From Arcicella sp. (lineage in GTDB: Bacteria > Bacteroidota > Bacteroidia > Cytophagales > Spirosomataceae), in contig JACMRQ010000441.1 of the NCBI GenBank assembly GCA_014376355.1, positions 15,875 to 79,874 of the forward strand: a stretch of DNA of 64,000 nucleotides, read 5' to 3'. How positions within the stretch are numbered: the stretch's first letter is position 1; each line of letters opens with the position of its first letter. Positions 31,323 to 41,301 of the stretch are shown here, piece after piece. The position numbers and the translations under genes were made by a program. Below the pieces are notes generated by a model. The model was not told the DNA's origin. It worked only from the letters and a program-made list of their open reading frames with translations, and did not search any database.

Positions 31323-34300
31323 ATGAAATCAATTTTCATTTTTTTGTTATTGCCTGTTATGGTTTATTGCCAACTGAATCCGAACACATTATTGCCTAAC
31401 GTTATGCCTTCCAATCCAGAGGCGTTTCAATTTATGAAGTATGGCGAAATCCCAGTACAAAATTATACTGGAATTCCAGATATTAGTATACCAATATACA
31501 CGTTCGAAACTAAGGCGTTAAATATCCCTATTATTCTGAAATACCACGCCAATGGGATAAAGGTGAATGAAGAAGCAAGCTGGGTTGGTCTCGGATGGGA
31601 TTTAAGTACAGATATGGAAATTGTTCAGACCGTTTCGGGTCTGGATGATTTTGGCTATTACAAATGGCGCTCATTGGCAAATTACAGTTGTATGATACCG
31701 ATAGAAGCAGGTCTACAGGCTTCTAGCGTAATGTCGACCTGCGGTACATTTTTCCTTGGAGCCGATGATGATTGGAACATAAATCATCCAGACTGTATGT
31801 TGGACACGCACTTTATGGCGAATTTGTGGGACACTGAGCCAGATATTTTCTATTTTAATATGGCCGGTTATTCCGGAAAGTTTGTTTTGAATTGGAATAC
31901 AGAACAATTTGTTTGCCTCACAGATAAAAACATTAAAATTGAGAGTGATTATTCGGCGTCGAATAATTCTGATAATTCTCCATCCACTTTTTCTATCACT
32001 GTTCCCGATGGGCATCGGTTTCAATTTGCATTGAAAGAAAGCACAACAATTGATTTTAGCTCTACAGTTGACAACAGTACCGGACCATTATTTTCTTATG
32101 TTGATCCTAGAGGTCAAAAAAGTTCGCGAGTGTATAAATTAGTAAAAATAATGACTGCACAAGCAGACGTCATTGATTTTCAATACGAATCTGCTCAAAA
32201 TAATGCCGGAATGGCCTCGTCGAGTAAAAACTTCCCTTACATAACCGAAGTGAATCGAGATGAAGTAGCCTTTGGCACAAATAATTTCGTAGTCCAAAAT
32301 GAACCAAATGCGTTATCAGCTGTTGCAATAGAGACACCGAACACCGTAATTCCGCAATATTTTATCACGTCATATACAGGAACATCGCAAACCTATTCTT
32401 ATTTAAAAAGTATTAATTACAACGGTGAACATATTGAGTTTATTACGTCATCACGAATAGATTTAAAAGAAGCTAAAAAACTCGACGAAATCAAAGTCAC
32501 CTTTAAAGGAGGAGCTAAAAGATTTTTGTTTAATTACGATTATTTTACGGGGAACGATGAAGGTAATAATTGGGATTCGATGCTTAATTATCACGTGGAT
32601 GAATATATCAGTGGCAAGACAAATGATGAAATCAAAAAGAGATTGAAATTGGTTTCCTTTAATGAAATAAATGAAAAGCCCTATGTATTCTCCTATAATC
32701 CGCAATCACTTCCGAAAAAAACTTCTTACGCATTAGATTTTTGGGGGTTTTACAACGGGTTTCATTCAAACATGACGTTCTTTCCCAATATATATAGATT
32801 TAACGTTGAGCGATTTAATCGGCATTATTACAAATTTCAGAACAACAATAATAGTCCGGTACTCAATTACTGCAAAGCTTCAATATTAGAACAAATAACC
32901 TATCCGACTGGCGGTTTTACCGTCTTTGATTATGAACTGAATGCGTTCGATAATTACAAGGTTCCACCGCCAGAGCAAGGTGCGCCGGTGAGCATTAACT
33001 TGACTACGATTCCAGGCAATAATTCCATTTCCAGCAAAGTCGTGTCAATTGAAGGAGGAAATACAATCTTTAACGTATACGGATTATTGAGTACGCAAGG
33101 GTGTTATCCGCAATATCCTGAAGCTTATTCGAGCTGTAATTTTAAAATAAGTCATTTCAAAAAGGAACTGATGGACTATATTAGAAATAATACGGTGTTA
33201 AATAGTCACCTCAATAGTTACGGACTTACATACGTTTTGGGTGCTGATCTCCACTTTCTAGACGGCATCCCAAATAATCCTGCATTATACAACCAGTATA
33301 ATGATATCAATGTTTATATAGGGAAAACGGTTAATCTATTTGATGACGAATGGGTAAATAATAGACAAATAAACTTGCCAGAAGGTATTGCTATTTTTAA
33401 AGTGAGTGGCGGATGTGGCCCGTACGGTCCTACAGCCAACAATAATTGGAGCCAAGCAACTTTTACAGTAAATTATGGAGACAATAAGCCGCTGCCGGAA
33501 GGCGATTCTTATGGAGCAGGCTTGCGAATTAAATCCGTCACATCATTTCCTGCGTTGGCCACCGGGCCTTCTGCGTCAGCCTTCAAAAAAGTGTATGAAT
33601 ATGAAGGTGGAAAGTTAATGTCGCCATTATTATTCTTTAATAAGATGCCTTCAAGCTACCGAAGTTATAAGATCGCTTACGTTCCCAATGCTTATCTAAA
33701 TGCTACTTTAGCTTTAACATCTTTTGAGTTAATAAAAGCGATGGAAAAATTTATCAAAAATCCAAATTTAAAAAGCGCGGTTGAGGCTAGTCAAAAGCTA
33801 GAACAACAAAAAATTTCAGTGGAAAATCCACCATATGGAGATAATGATCCAATATGGGTACTATTAAAAGATTTCTTTGGAGACAGGAACGAATTGCACT
33901 CCCAAAGTTACGTCACACCCTCAACAAGCGCTTCCGGCCGGTATGTAGGTTATGACAAAGTCACTGAAAAATATGAGAATTATAATGCTGCAGCCTCAGA
34001 CCTATTGCCCGGCATCGGAAAAGAGGTTATCTACTATAGCAATAATCCCGACATAGGAGCACCTTCAACTGGAATTGGAACCGGCTACTACACGCAAATA
34101 AATTTACCACTAACAGTACAATATCCGGAAAATGGAAACCTTACCAAAAAAGAAACCTTCACTGAGCAGGGCGAATTAAAAAAACAAGTTCTAAATGGCT
34201 ATCAATTTATTCAAGAACCGTGTTTATGGGGCATGAAAACTCTAACTACCGATATCACCGATGTAGCAGTGGGGCATGATTTAGGGGATTATATAAAAAA

Positions 34301-35162
34301 AGCAAAGTATTTTATAGGCAGCTATCCTATTAAGTCAGGGAAAACAGTCCTCACTCATACAGAAATGAACACATTTGAAAATGGAAATGAAATTTCTGTC
34401 TACAAGCATTTTACTTACGACAGTCACAACCAGGTTAAAACGATTACCGAAACCAATTCAAGAAATGAAATAGTAGAAACAAGTTTATCATATCCTTACG
34501 ATCTTAGTTCGTCGAGTTACAATACTTATAACGGAATGGTCGGGCGTAACATCCTTACTCCTGTAGTGCAGGCACTTAAAAAAGTCAACAGCTTGCCGGT
34601 TTCACTCGAGCAAACTTACTATCAATGGATCAGCACTCCAGATCCCGACAGTTATTTCCAGTCTACTTACGCTATCGACAGGATTGGATACTCAAAAAGT
34701 GGATTTCCATCTGATTTGAAAGACGTTGCGCAATTCCATAATTATGATGGCTTTGCAAACCCAACTGAAGTTTCACAGGAGGATGGTACACGAGTGAGCT
34801 ATATATGGGGATACAATGGAAAATACCCTGTAGCGAAAATCATAAATGCAAGTCAACCCTCATTTAATAACGCCACACAGGGTTTGACTATCATCAACGC
34901 CAGTTTGCAGCAGGCCGTAATTGATGCGTCAAATTCTGGCAATGAAACAAACTTGTTAACGGCCTTAGACAATTTGAGGAATTCATTACCCAATGCAATG
35001 GTTACGACATTTACTTACAAACCACTAGTAGGCGTTAGCACAATTACAGATGCTAAAGGTAGTAGAGTAACCTACGTTTACAATAGTTCCAATCGCTTGC
35101 AATTTGTAAAAGACAGTGCAGGAAATATTCTCAGTGAGAACCAGTACCACTTTAGACCCTAA
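31323..35162 (+). CDS. YD-repeat shell protein 2 (Rhs partner, no toxin tip)
   Basis: Signal peptide; YTGIPDISIP, WVGLGWDL, GAGLRIK, VGYDKV; C-terminus homologous to YD protein 1; stop lies 11 nt before rhs2. Confidence 0.85.
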   Translation: MKSIFIFLLLPVMVYCQLNPNTLLPNVMPSNPEAFQFMKYGEIPVQNYTGIPDISIPIYTFETKALNIPIILKYHANGIKVNEEASWVGLGWDLSTDMEIVQTVSGLDDFGYYKWRSLANYSCMIPIEAGLQASSVMSTCGTFFLGADDDWNINHPDCMLDTHFMANLWDTEPDIFYFNMAGYSGKFVLNWNTEQFVCLTDKNIKIESDYSASNNSDNSPSTFSITVPDGHRFQFALKESTTIDFSSTVDNSTGPLFSYVDPRGQKSSRVYKLVKIMTAQADVIDFQYESAQNNAGMASSSKNFPYITEVNRDEVAFGTNNFVVQNEPNALSAVAIETPNTVIPQYFITSYTGTSQTYSYLKSINYNGEHIEFITSSRIDLKEAKKLDEIKVTFKGGAKRFLFNYDYFTGNDEGNNWDSMLNYHVDEYISGKTNDEIKKRLKLVSFNEINEKPYVFSYNPQSLPKKTSYALDFWGFYNGFHSNMTFFPNIYRFNVERFNRHYYKFQNNNNSPVLNYCKASILEQITYPTGGFTVFDYELNAFDNYKVPPPEQGAPVSINLTTIPGNNSISSKVVSIEGGNTIFNVYGLLSTQGCYPQYPEAYSSCNFKISHFKKELMDYIRNNTVLNSHLNSYGLTYVLGADLHFLDGIPNNPALYNQYNDINVYIGKTVNLFDDEWVNNRQINLPEGIAIFKVSGGCGPYGPTANNNWSQATFTVNYGDNKPLPEGDSYGAGLRIKSVTSFPALATGPSASAFKKVYEYEGGKLMSPLLFFNKMPSSYRSYKIAYVPNAYLNATLALTSFELIKAMEKFIKNPNLKSAVEASQKLEQQKISVENPPYGDNDPIWVLLKDFFGDRNELHSQSYVTPSTSASGRYVGYDKVTEKYENYNAAASDLLPGIGKEVIYYSNNPDIGAPSTGIGTGYYTQINLPLTVQYPENGNLTKKETFTEQGELKKQVLNGYQFIQEPCLWGMKTLTTDITDVAVGHDLGDYIKKAKYFIGSYPIKSGKTVLTHTEMNTFENGNEISVYKHFTYDSHNQVKTITETNSRNEIVETSLSYPYDLSSSSYNTYNGMVGRNILTPVVQALKKVNSLPVSLEQTYYQWISTPDPDSYFQSTYAIDRIGYSKSGFPSDLKDVAQFHNYDGFANPTEVSQEDGTRVSYIWGYNGKYPVAKIINASQPSFNNATQGLTIINASLQQAVIDASNSGNETNLLTALDNLRNSLPNAMVTTFTYKPLVGVSTITDAKGSRVTYVYNSSNRLQFVKDSAGNILSENQYHFRP

Positions 35163-35173
35163 AATTAAGAACA

Positions 35174-38100
35174 ATGAAAAAAATATTCGGTCTCTTATTG
35201 TTTCCCTTGATTGCTTTGGCTCAAAGTCAGGATCAGAATTACGTAAAAACGCTTGACTATAAAAACCCGCAAACCTCTCCATTAACGGGAAATCCAGCAA
35301 CTTATTTGGCAAAAACCCAAATCCAATATTTCGACGGGTTAGGCAGACCAATCCAAAAAATTGCCTATGGCCAGTCCGCTAGCGGCAACGACATTATCTT
35401 GCCTGTCGAATATGATTTATTTAACAGACAGGTGAAGGATTTTCTGCCCTTTGTCGCAACAGGTCCTTCCTCCCTATTTCTCAGGCCAAACGAAGTCCAG
35501 TCATTTTATGCGACCAATAATCCAATTTTAACAGGCAACAGCAGTTTCGAAACAACAGCTTATCCTTACAGCGAAAAGCAATTTGAAAAGTCGCCTGCAA
35601 ATCGAGTGTTGAAACAAGGTGCGCCCGGAAGTGATTGGAAAATTGGTTCCGGGCATGAAATCAAAATGGAATATCAATTAAACATTGTTAATGAGGTCCG
35701 GAAATTTAAAGTGGTTTTTCCATCAGCTACGACTGAAACGCATCGTTTAGATGTTGACGGCTTTTACGCACCGAATACTTTATATAAGTCCATCGTAAAG
35801 GATGAAAATAATTATCCATTGTTTCATGAGGAGTGGAATATGAACGATTTTTTGATTAGCCCGCCGGGATCCGGAATCTATGCAACAGGCAGTAATGTTG
35901 TATTTGATATTAGCAATTCTACATTAACCCTTGCCGTCCAACTAAGCTGCTATCCGTCAAGTAATATAAAAACCGGTTTAATCAAGACTTTAAGTATCGA
36001 CATCGACGATGTAAATTTGGGAACGTTAAACGATATCTACAACGGTTTGCCAGTCTTTAATGTCTATATCCAGAACAACTCCCTGTATGTAGAACCCGTA
36101 AATGGAATTTCATGGTCGATTGGCGTCTCGTTTAATACAATACTAACCATGAATGTTACCGGAAATTTCAATAATGTAAAAAACCATTCTACTCAAGAAT
36201 TCAAAGATAAGGACGGGAATATTATATTAAAAAGAAGTTTTAATAATAACCAAACCTACAACACCTATTATGTCTATGATATTTACGGCAATCTTTCGTA
36301 TGTTATTCCTCCCACTGCAAGTGATGCTATCGATGCCACTTATCGCAATAATGCAGTTTCCTCCAAAAATTATCCATGGACAAAATTGGCCCTTGTTGAT
36401 GGGAAATTGGCTGAAGAATACAACAAGCTTTTTAGCGAATATAATAACGAGATGCTCGCAAATGAAGACCTTTATAATAAATATGGTGGACAGGGCGGAT
36501 TTACTTTGTCTGTCAACAATAACAATGAACCGATTTTGAATATTGCGATGAATGTAGCAGAGCCAATGTCGTTAATGTCTGGAGAAATAATTTCTCTAAA
36601 AGAACTTGGTGATTTTAAGGATTCTGAATTGGGAAGAGTTAGAGGTGATGGTTATGAATATATATTTAGCATCGTTAAAAATTCGTTGTATCTCAGTGGG
36701 AACGGGAAGCTAAACGAACTGAATGCCTCTTTTAACGGGAATACTAAGTTGATCTACAATACGAATTACACATGGGCAGATATCGCAGAAATTGATCCGA
36801 AAGAAGCGGACAAATACAAAAAAATGTTCAATGAAATTCCCGACGGAGAAAAGTTAACCACGATAATACCTAATCCTTACGGCGCTTTAGGAGGAATCAA
36901 CATTACAATAAATGAAAATGACCAAGTAGCGATAACGATGAATATAACTACGGAAATTCCACTCGCTTTCAAAAAGGGAATTGCCATACCTTTTGATATC
37001 GAACGGACGATTGCAGATATGAATGTTTGCACAGTCGACTCTGATCAGTACAAATATCATATAAGTATTCAGGAAAATGGTTTATTTATAGACGGTGATG
37101 GAAGTTTTTACAATATTATGAAAACCGCCACGGTAAATCCGTCCGTAAACGGTTCTATGCCCCAATCAATTATTGACGGACTTTGCTTCATTTATCATCA
37201 TGACAATAAAAATCGTGTAATTGAAAAAAAAATACCGGGAAAGGGATGGGAATATATCGTTTACGATCGCCTGGACCGCGTGGTACTCTCCCAAGATGCC
37301 AATTTACGTTCTCAGAAAAAATGGCTATTTACAAAATATGATATATTTAGTCGAATTGCCTATTCCGGTCAATTTGAGTACCATAGCCTATCAGCAACCT
37401 CTGATGTAGCAAAACGATTAGAATTGCAAGGAATATATAATTTGACTCCTTTTTTGAATGAAACGCGCCAATCTGGTTTCCTTCACTCGGGAATAACGGT
37501 TAACTACAGTAATAACGTCTTTCCGTTGGCAACTGCACTCAATAATACTATTTTTGAAGTCAATTATTATGATGACTATACTTTTCAGCCTTATGGTACT
37601 ACGGTAATTATTCCTATCACGAGTTACAATAGTCCAACCTTAAATAATATATTAACCAACGTTAAAGGATTGTCTACAGGATCACTGGTAAAGGTACTTA
37701 ACACTAACGATTGGATATTTAACCTGATAGCATATGATCAAAAAAGCCGGCCGGTGTGGCACCAATCAACTAATTCCTTCCTCCAAACCCAAGACCTATC
37801 AGAAACTCAGCTTGATTTCACCGGCAAAACTGTTGAAACAAGTCGCACGCACAGCAAAACGGGCGCGACCAGTAATCTGGTAATATTGGACAAATTTAGT
37901 TATGATCAGGCCGATCGACTGACTCGGCAAACCCAAAAAATTGGTACACAGCAAGAAGAATTAATCGCATTTAACCGATACGATGAGCTGGGTAACTTAA
38001 TTCAAAAGAAAATTGGCGGCCAGGCACCACTCGCCAGCGCAACGTATGCTTCGGTCACTCCGCTTCAAACAGTTGATTATAATTACAACATTCGCGGATG

Positions 38101-39817
38101 GCTAAAAGCAATTAACAATCCTGCCATTCTTAATGACGATCTTTTTGCTTTCGCCATCAACTACAATATTACCACTTTAGGAGCTAAACCACTTTTTAAC
38201 GGGAACATTTCAGAAACTTCCTGGGAAACGGCTAATGATGGAAAATTACGAAGCTATAAGTTTAGTTATGATGATTTAAATCGATTAACTGATGCAGACT
38301 ATATTGGAAACTATAGTTTGTTTAACAATACATCTCAAACGGAAAATTACACAGAAAATAATATCCAATATGACAAAAATGGCAACATCACTCATTTAGA
38401 GCGATACGGACTTTCAAACAATTCGAATGTAATAGATAAAATAGATAAACTCACCTATAAATATGCTGTCAGGAGCAACAAATTAAACCGCGTTATTGAT
38501 GCCAGTATCGAACAGGCAGGTTTTTCAGACGGGACTAATCTCGGAAATGATTACACCTATGACATTAACGGAAATTTGTTGAGTGATAGCAATAAAGGCA
38601 TTATAAATACTACTTATAATTATTTAAACCTCCCCACAAGAATTGATTTTTTGACAAGCATTGTCACAAATACAAAATATATAGAATACGTATACGATGC
38701 GATGGGAAATAAATTAAAAAAAATAGTAAAACCCGAAAATGCATCTAGCCCAATAATAACAGAATATGCTGGCAATTACATATATGAAAATAACGTACTA
38801 CAATTTTTCGGACATCCTGAGGGATATGTTACAAAATCGGGCGGAACATTTTCGTATATTTATCAATACAAAGACCATTTGGGAAATATTCGGTTGAGTT
38901 TCAAGAAAAACACGAATGGTTATCTTGAAATAGTGGAGGAAAATAATTACTATCCATTTGGTTTAAAACAAATGGGATATAATGGAGCTTATAGTTCAAT
39001 TGGGAATGATGCGGCGCAAAAATATAAATACAATGGGAAGGAATTGCAGGATGAGTTGGGGCTTAACCTTTATGATTACGGAGCGAGGAATTATGACCCT
39101 GCAATTGGTCGATGGATGAATATTGACCCAATGGCTGAAAAGGGACGGAGATGGTCTCCATATGCTTACGCTATGGATAATCCTGTTTATTTTATTGACC
39201 CCGATGGAATGTGGCCGTGGCCATCATTAAGTAGCATAAAGAAATCGTATAATGAGACGAAATCTAGCATGTCGAAAAAGTATAACGAGGCGAAGTCGTC
39301 AATAGCAAGCAGTTACAATAGTGCGAAAAATTCAATTGGACAGGCAAAAGATAACATAGTAAGTTCAGCTAAGCAGACTTATAAGGATGCGCAACAATAT
39401 GCTAAGGATAATAAAAAAGAACTTTTGAGCACAGCTGAAACTTTACAAAATACTGGCGACGGATTAGTATATGCTGGAGCAGCAATGGCTGTTGCAGGCG
39501 CTCCTATTGCAGGCGTTGGAGCGGCTCCAGGTGCTGCTGTTGCTGCTGAAGGAGCTATAATAAGTGGAGCGGGCGCACTTCTCGAAGTTGCAACAGAATT
39601 TTTGACCAGTGACCCAAATACTGGTAAAGACGCTGCAATTATGGTAGGTGCTGAAGCTGTAAATATGTTAGTGGATAAGGCACTTCCAGGGCCTACTCCA
39701 AATATTACAAAAGAAGCAAAAGCGGTTATAGAATCGGGAGAAAAAATCATTACGACAGGAACGCAAGCTAAAACCACTGTTGTAGGAAATGCATTAAAAG
39801 AAAAAGAGGTAAAGTAA
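35174..39817 (+). CDS. Rhs2: DUF6443/RHS-core polymorphic toxin with signal peptide; hydrophobic tip A
   Basis: [23 protein letters not shown]...PVYFIDPDG; the tip has a Gly/Ala-rich hydrophobic stretch. Confidence 0.92.
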   Translation: MKKIFGLLLFPLIALAQSQDQNYVKTLDYKNPQTSPLTGNPATYLAKTQIQYFDGLGRPIQKIAYGQSASGNDIILPVEYDLFNRQVKDFLPFVATGPSSLFLRPNEVQSFYATNNPILTGNSSFETTAYPYSEKQFEKSPANRVLKQGAPGSDWKIGSGHEIKMEYQLNIVNEVRKFKVVFPSATTETHRLDVDGFYAPNTLYKSIVKDENNYPLFHEEWNMNDFLISPPGSGIYATGSNVVFDISNSTLTLAVQLSCYPSSNIKTGLIKTLSIDIDDVNLGTLNDIYNGLPVFNVYIQNNSLYVEPVNGISWSIGVSFNTILTMNVTGNFNNVKNHSTQEFKDKDGNIILKRSFNNNQTYNTYYVYDIYGNLSYVIPPTASDAIDATYRNNAVSSKNYPWTKLALVDGKLAEEYNKLFSEYNNEMLANEDLYNKYGGQGGFTLSVNNNNEPILNIAMNVAEPMSLMSGEIISLKELGDFKDSELGRVRGDGYEYIFSIVKNSLYLSGNGKLNELNASFNGNTKLIYNTNYTWADIAEIDPKEADKYKKMFNEIPDGEKLTTIIPNPYGALGGINITINENDQVAITMNITTEIPLAFKKGIAIPFDIERTIADMNVCTVDSDQYKYHISIQENGLFIDGDGSFYNIMKTATVNPSVNGSMPQSIIDGLCFIYHHDNKNRVIEKKIPGKGWEYIVYDRLDRVVLSQDANLRSQKKWLFTKYDIFSRIAYSGQFEYHSLSATSDVAKRLELQGIYNLTPFLNETRQSGFLHSGITVNYSNNVFPLATALNNTIFEVNYYDDYTFQPYGTTVIIPITSYNSPTLNNILTNVKGLSTGSLVKVLNTNDWIFNLIAYDQKSRPVWHQSTNSFLQTQDLSETQLDFTGKTVETSRTHSKTGATSNLVILDKFSYDQADRLTRQTQKIGTQQEELIAFNRYDELGNLIQKKIGGQAPLASATYASVTPLQTVDYNYNIRGWLKAINNPAILNDDLFAFAINYNITTLGAKPLFNGNISETSWETANDGKLRSYKFSYDDLNRLTDADYIGNYSLFNNTSQTENYTENNIQYDKNGNITHLERYGLSNNSNVIDKIDKLTYKYAVRSNKLNRVIDASIEQAGFSDGTNLGNDYTYDINGNLLSDSNKGIINTTYNYLNLPTRIDFLTSIVTNTKYIEYVYDAMGNKLKKIVKPENASSPIITEYAGNYIYENNVLQFFGHPEGYVTKSGGTFSYIYQYKDHLGNIRLSFKKNTNGYLEIVEENNYYPFGLKQMGYNGAYSSIGNDAAQKYKYNGKELQDELGLNLYDYGARNYDPAIGRWMNIDPMAEKGRRWSPYAYAMDNPVYFIDPDGMWPWPSLSSIKKSYNETKSSMSKKYNEAKSSIASSYNSAKNSIGQAKDNIVSSAKQTYKDAQQYAKDNKKELLSTAETLQNTGDGLVYAGAAMAVAGAPIAGVGAAPGAAVAAEGAIISGAGALLEVATEFLTSDPNTGKDAAIMVGAEAVNMLVDKALPGPTPNITKEAKAVIESGEKIITTGTQAKTTVVGNALKEKEVK
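39020..39211 (+). repeat. Rhs core-end repeat, copy 1 (192 nt)
   Basis: KYKYNGKE...DPDGM, colinear without indels with 50597-50788 and 59053-59244. Confidence 0.9.
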
Positions 39818-39818
39818 T

Positions 39819-40025
39819 ATGGAATACAGATATTTGTTATATAGTTTTCTCTGTGCATTAGGTGCATTCCTTTATTATAAATTTCATAAGTGGTGGTTAA
39901 ATGGCACCAAAAAAAAAGAACAAGTTGTAAAGGACGAAATGCGGCATTCAAAAATTATTAAAAACTGGATGATAATAGTAATGTTTTCTTTAGCGGCGAT
40001 AATCTTCTTAATTAAATCAATTTAA
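39819..40025 (+). CDS. Putative immunity protein for tip A (2 TM)
   Basis: Starts 1 nt after the rhs2 stop; two hydrophobic helices with a basic loop. Confidence 0.7.
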   Translation: MEYRYLLYSFLCALGAFLYYKFHKWWLNGTKKKEQVVKDEMRHSKIIKNWMIIVMFSLAAIIFLIKSI

Positions 40026-40036
40026 TCGTAAAACAT

Positions 40037-40201
40037 ATGGAAGTGGTAAAACTTTTAGCCCCCGTCATTTTAATTATTTTTGGTATTGTAATAAAAGTTT
40101 CCAAAAGCGAGCAATTCAGTCCAATGAAAAAATACTGGCTATTTTTTCTTATTATAGGTGTATTTTTATTTGCTTTCAAACTGTATAAATACATTAATTG
40201 A
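40037..40201 (+). CDS. Small 2-TM protein, 54 aa, probable orphan immunity (not in the ORF track)
   Basis: MEVVKLLAPVILIIFGIVIKVSKSEQFSPMKKYWLFFLIIGVFLFAFKLYKYIN. Confidence 0.65.
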   Translation: MEVVKLLAPVILIIFGIVIKVSKSEQFSPMKKYWLFFLIIGVFLFAFKLYKYIN

Positions 40202-40234
40202 TAGACTAACTTATTCATACAAAATTAAAACCTA

Positions 40235-40456
40235 ATGACTTATAAAGATAAAATAGAAGAACTCCGAATTGAATTTGAAAAAAAGAGCGAGGAAGTAATA
40301 TTGTTACAACAACAATTAAATTTAAGTGATGATGAATTTCGTAATCATCCGTCATACAAAGAGTGGCAATTTGCCTGTACTAACTATATTTCACTTTTAA
40401 ATTATGTATCAAAATCAGTACCTCACCTAATGAATGCTCAATATCCTGTTAAGTGA
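40235..40456 (+). CDS. Hypothetical protein
   Basis: 73-aa helical ORF with an A-rich leader. Confidence 0.55.
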   Translation: MTYKDKIEELRIEFEKKSEEVILLQQQLNLSDDEFRNHPSYKEWQFACTNYISLLNYVSKSVPHLMNAQYPVK

Positions 40457-40574
40457 ACTGGCGAAGTTCTCAATCCTTGAACGACCTATTGCGAAAAGCA
40501 AAAATTAAATCGCGAAGGAAAATGATTGATTTGCGCCGTATCAAACGAAAAAGAGCAATAGAGAAGATATATAA

Positions 40575-40598
40575 AAACCCAGCGGAATAGCTGGGTTT
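40575..40598. terminator. Likely bidirectional terminator
   Basis: aaacccagc/gctgggttt between convergent genes. Confidence 0.6.
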
Positions 40599-40599
40599 A

Positions 40600-40830
40600 T
40601 CATTTGACGGATTTCCAAATCCAACGAAGTCCGACGAACACCATCACCAGAATAGCCAAAGCCAGTTCCAGCACCGCGCCGATAATATAAAACACGGTTC
40701 CGCTGGATTGGGTTGGAGCTGTCCGCCTTTGGTGGCGTTCAACGCTAGTCATAAACTTCGAGGCGATTATATCATATTTGAGATTCGTACTGCTGGAATT
40801 GTCGGTCGGAAAGTCGTTTAAATTTGGCAT
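40600..40830 (-). CDS. Hypothetical protein with C-terminal TM
   Basis: 76 aa, hydrophobic C-terminus, ends at the terminator. Confidence 0.55.
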   Translation of the reverse strand: MPNLNDFPTDNSSSTNLKYDIIASKFMTSVERHQRRTAPTQSSGTVFYIIGAVLELALAILVMVFVGLRWIWKSVK

Positions 40831-41301
40831 ATTTTTATTCTTTTGGCTTATGTTTTTAAGTAAGTAAATATAGGCATAATCCCTTTGTTATCAAAGCTTT
40901 TGAGCGGAATTCTTCTGTATCTTAACGTTGCTTTCTCACCTGTTTGCTCAAAAGGAATTACCTCATTATTTTTGACCACCTCCCTCCCTGCCAATAAAAA
41001 ACTCTTTGTTTATCTGGGCTTTAGCCGTTCACATATCCGCTCTTTTATGCAAACCCTGAACCTCATCGCTAGCAGCCGATTAGAGTTGTCTACAAATTTT
41101 GGTATTTCCAGCCGCCTAAATCTCTAACTGTCCCATCCCAGGAACAGTATTATCCATATTGAAAAAATATTTTTTTCTAAAAATGTCCCACATACACTAC
41201 ACTTTTTGGAATTGTTTAGTATTTATAAAACAGATACCTCGATTAAGCCCCTTGTATGGGGATGTAGTATCTGAATAACATTTACATAATCAATAGAAAA
41301 A

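Noticed and set aside
39379-40218. Minus-strand 190-aa and 68-aa ORFs
   Set aside because: Shadows of tip A and the plus-strand immunity genes.
40453-41127. Basic GTG-start mini-ORF and the 80-aa ORF at 40885
   Set aside because: Weak starts and no supporting motifs.
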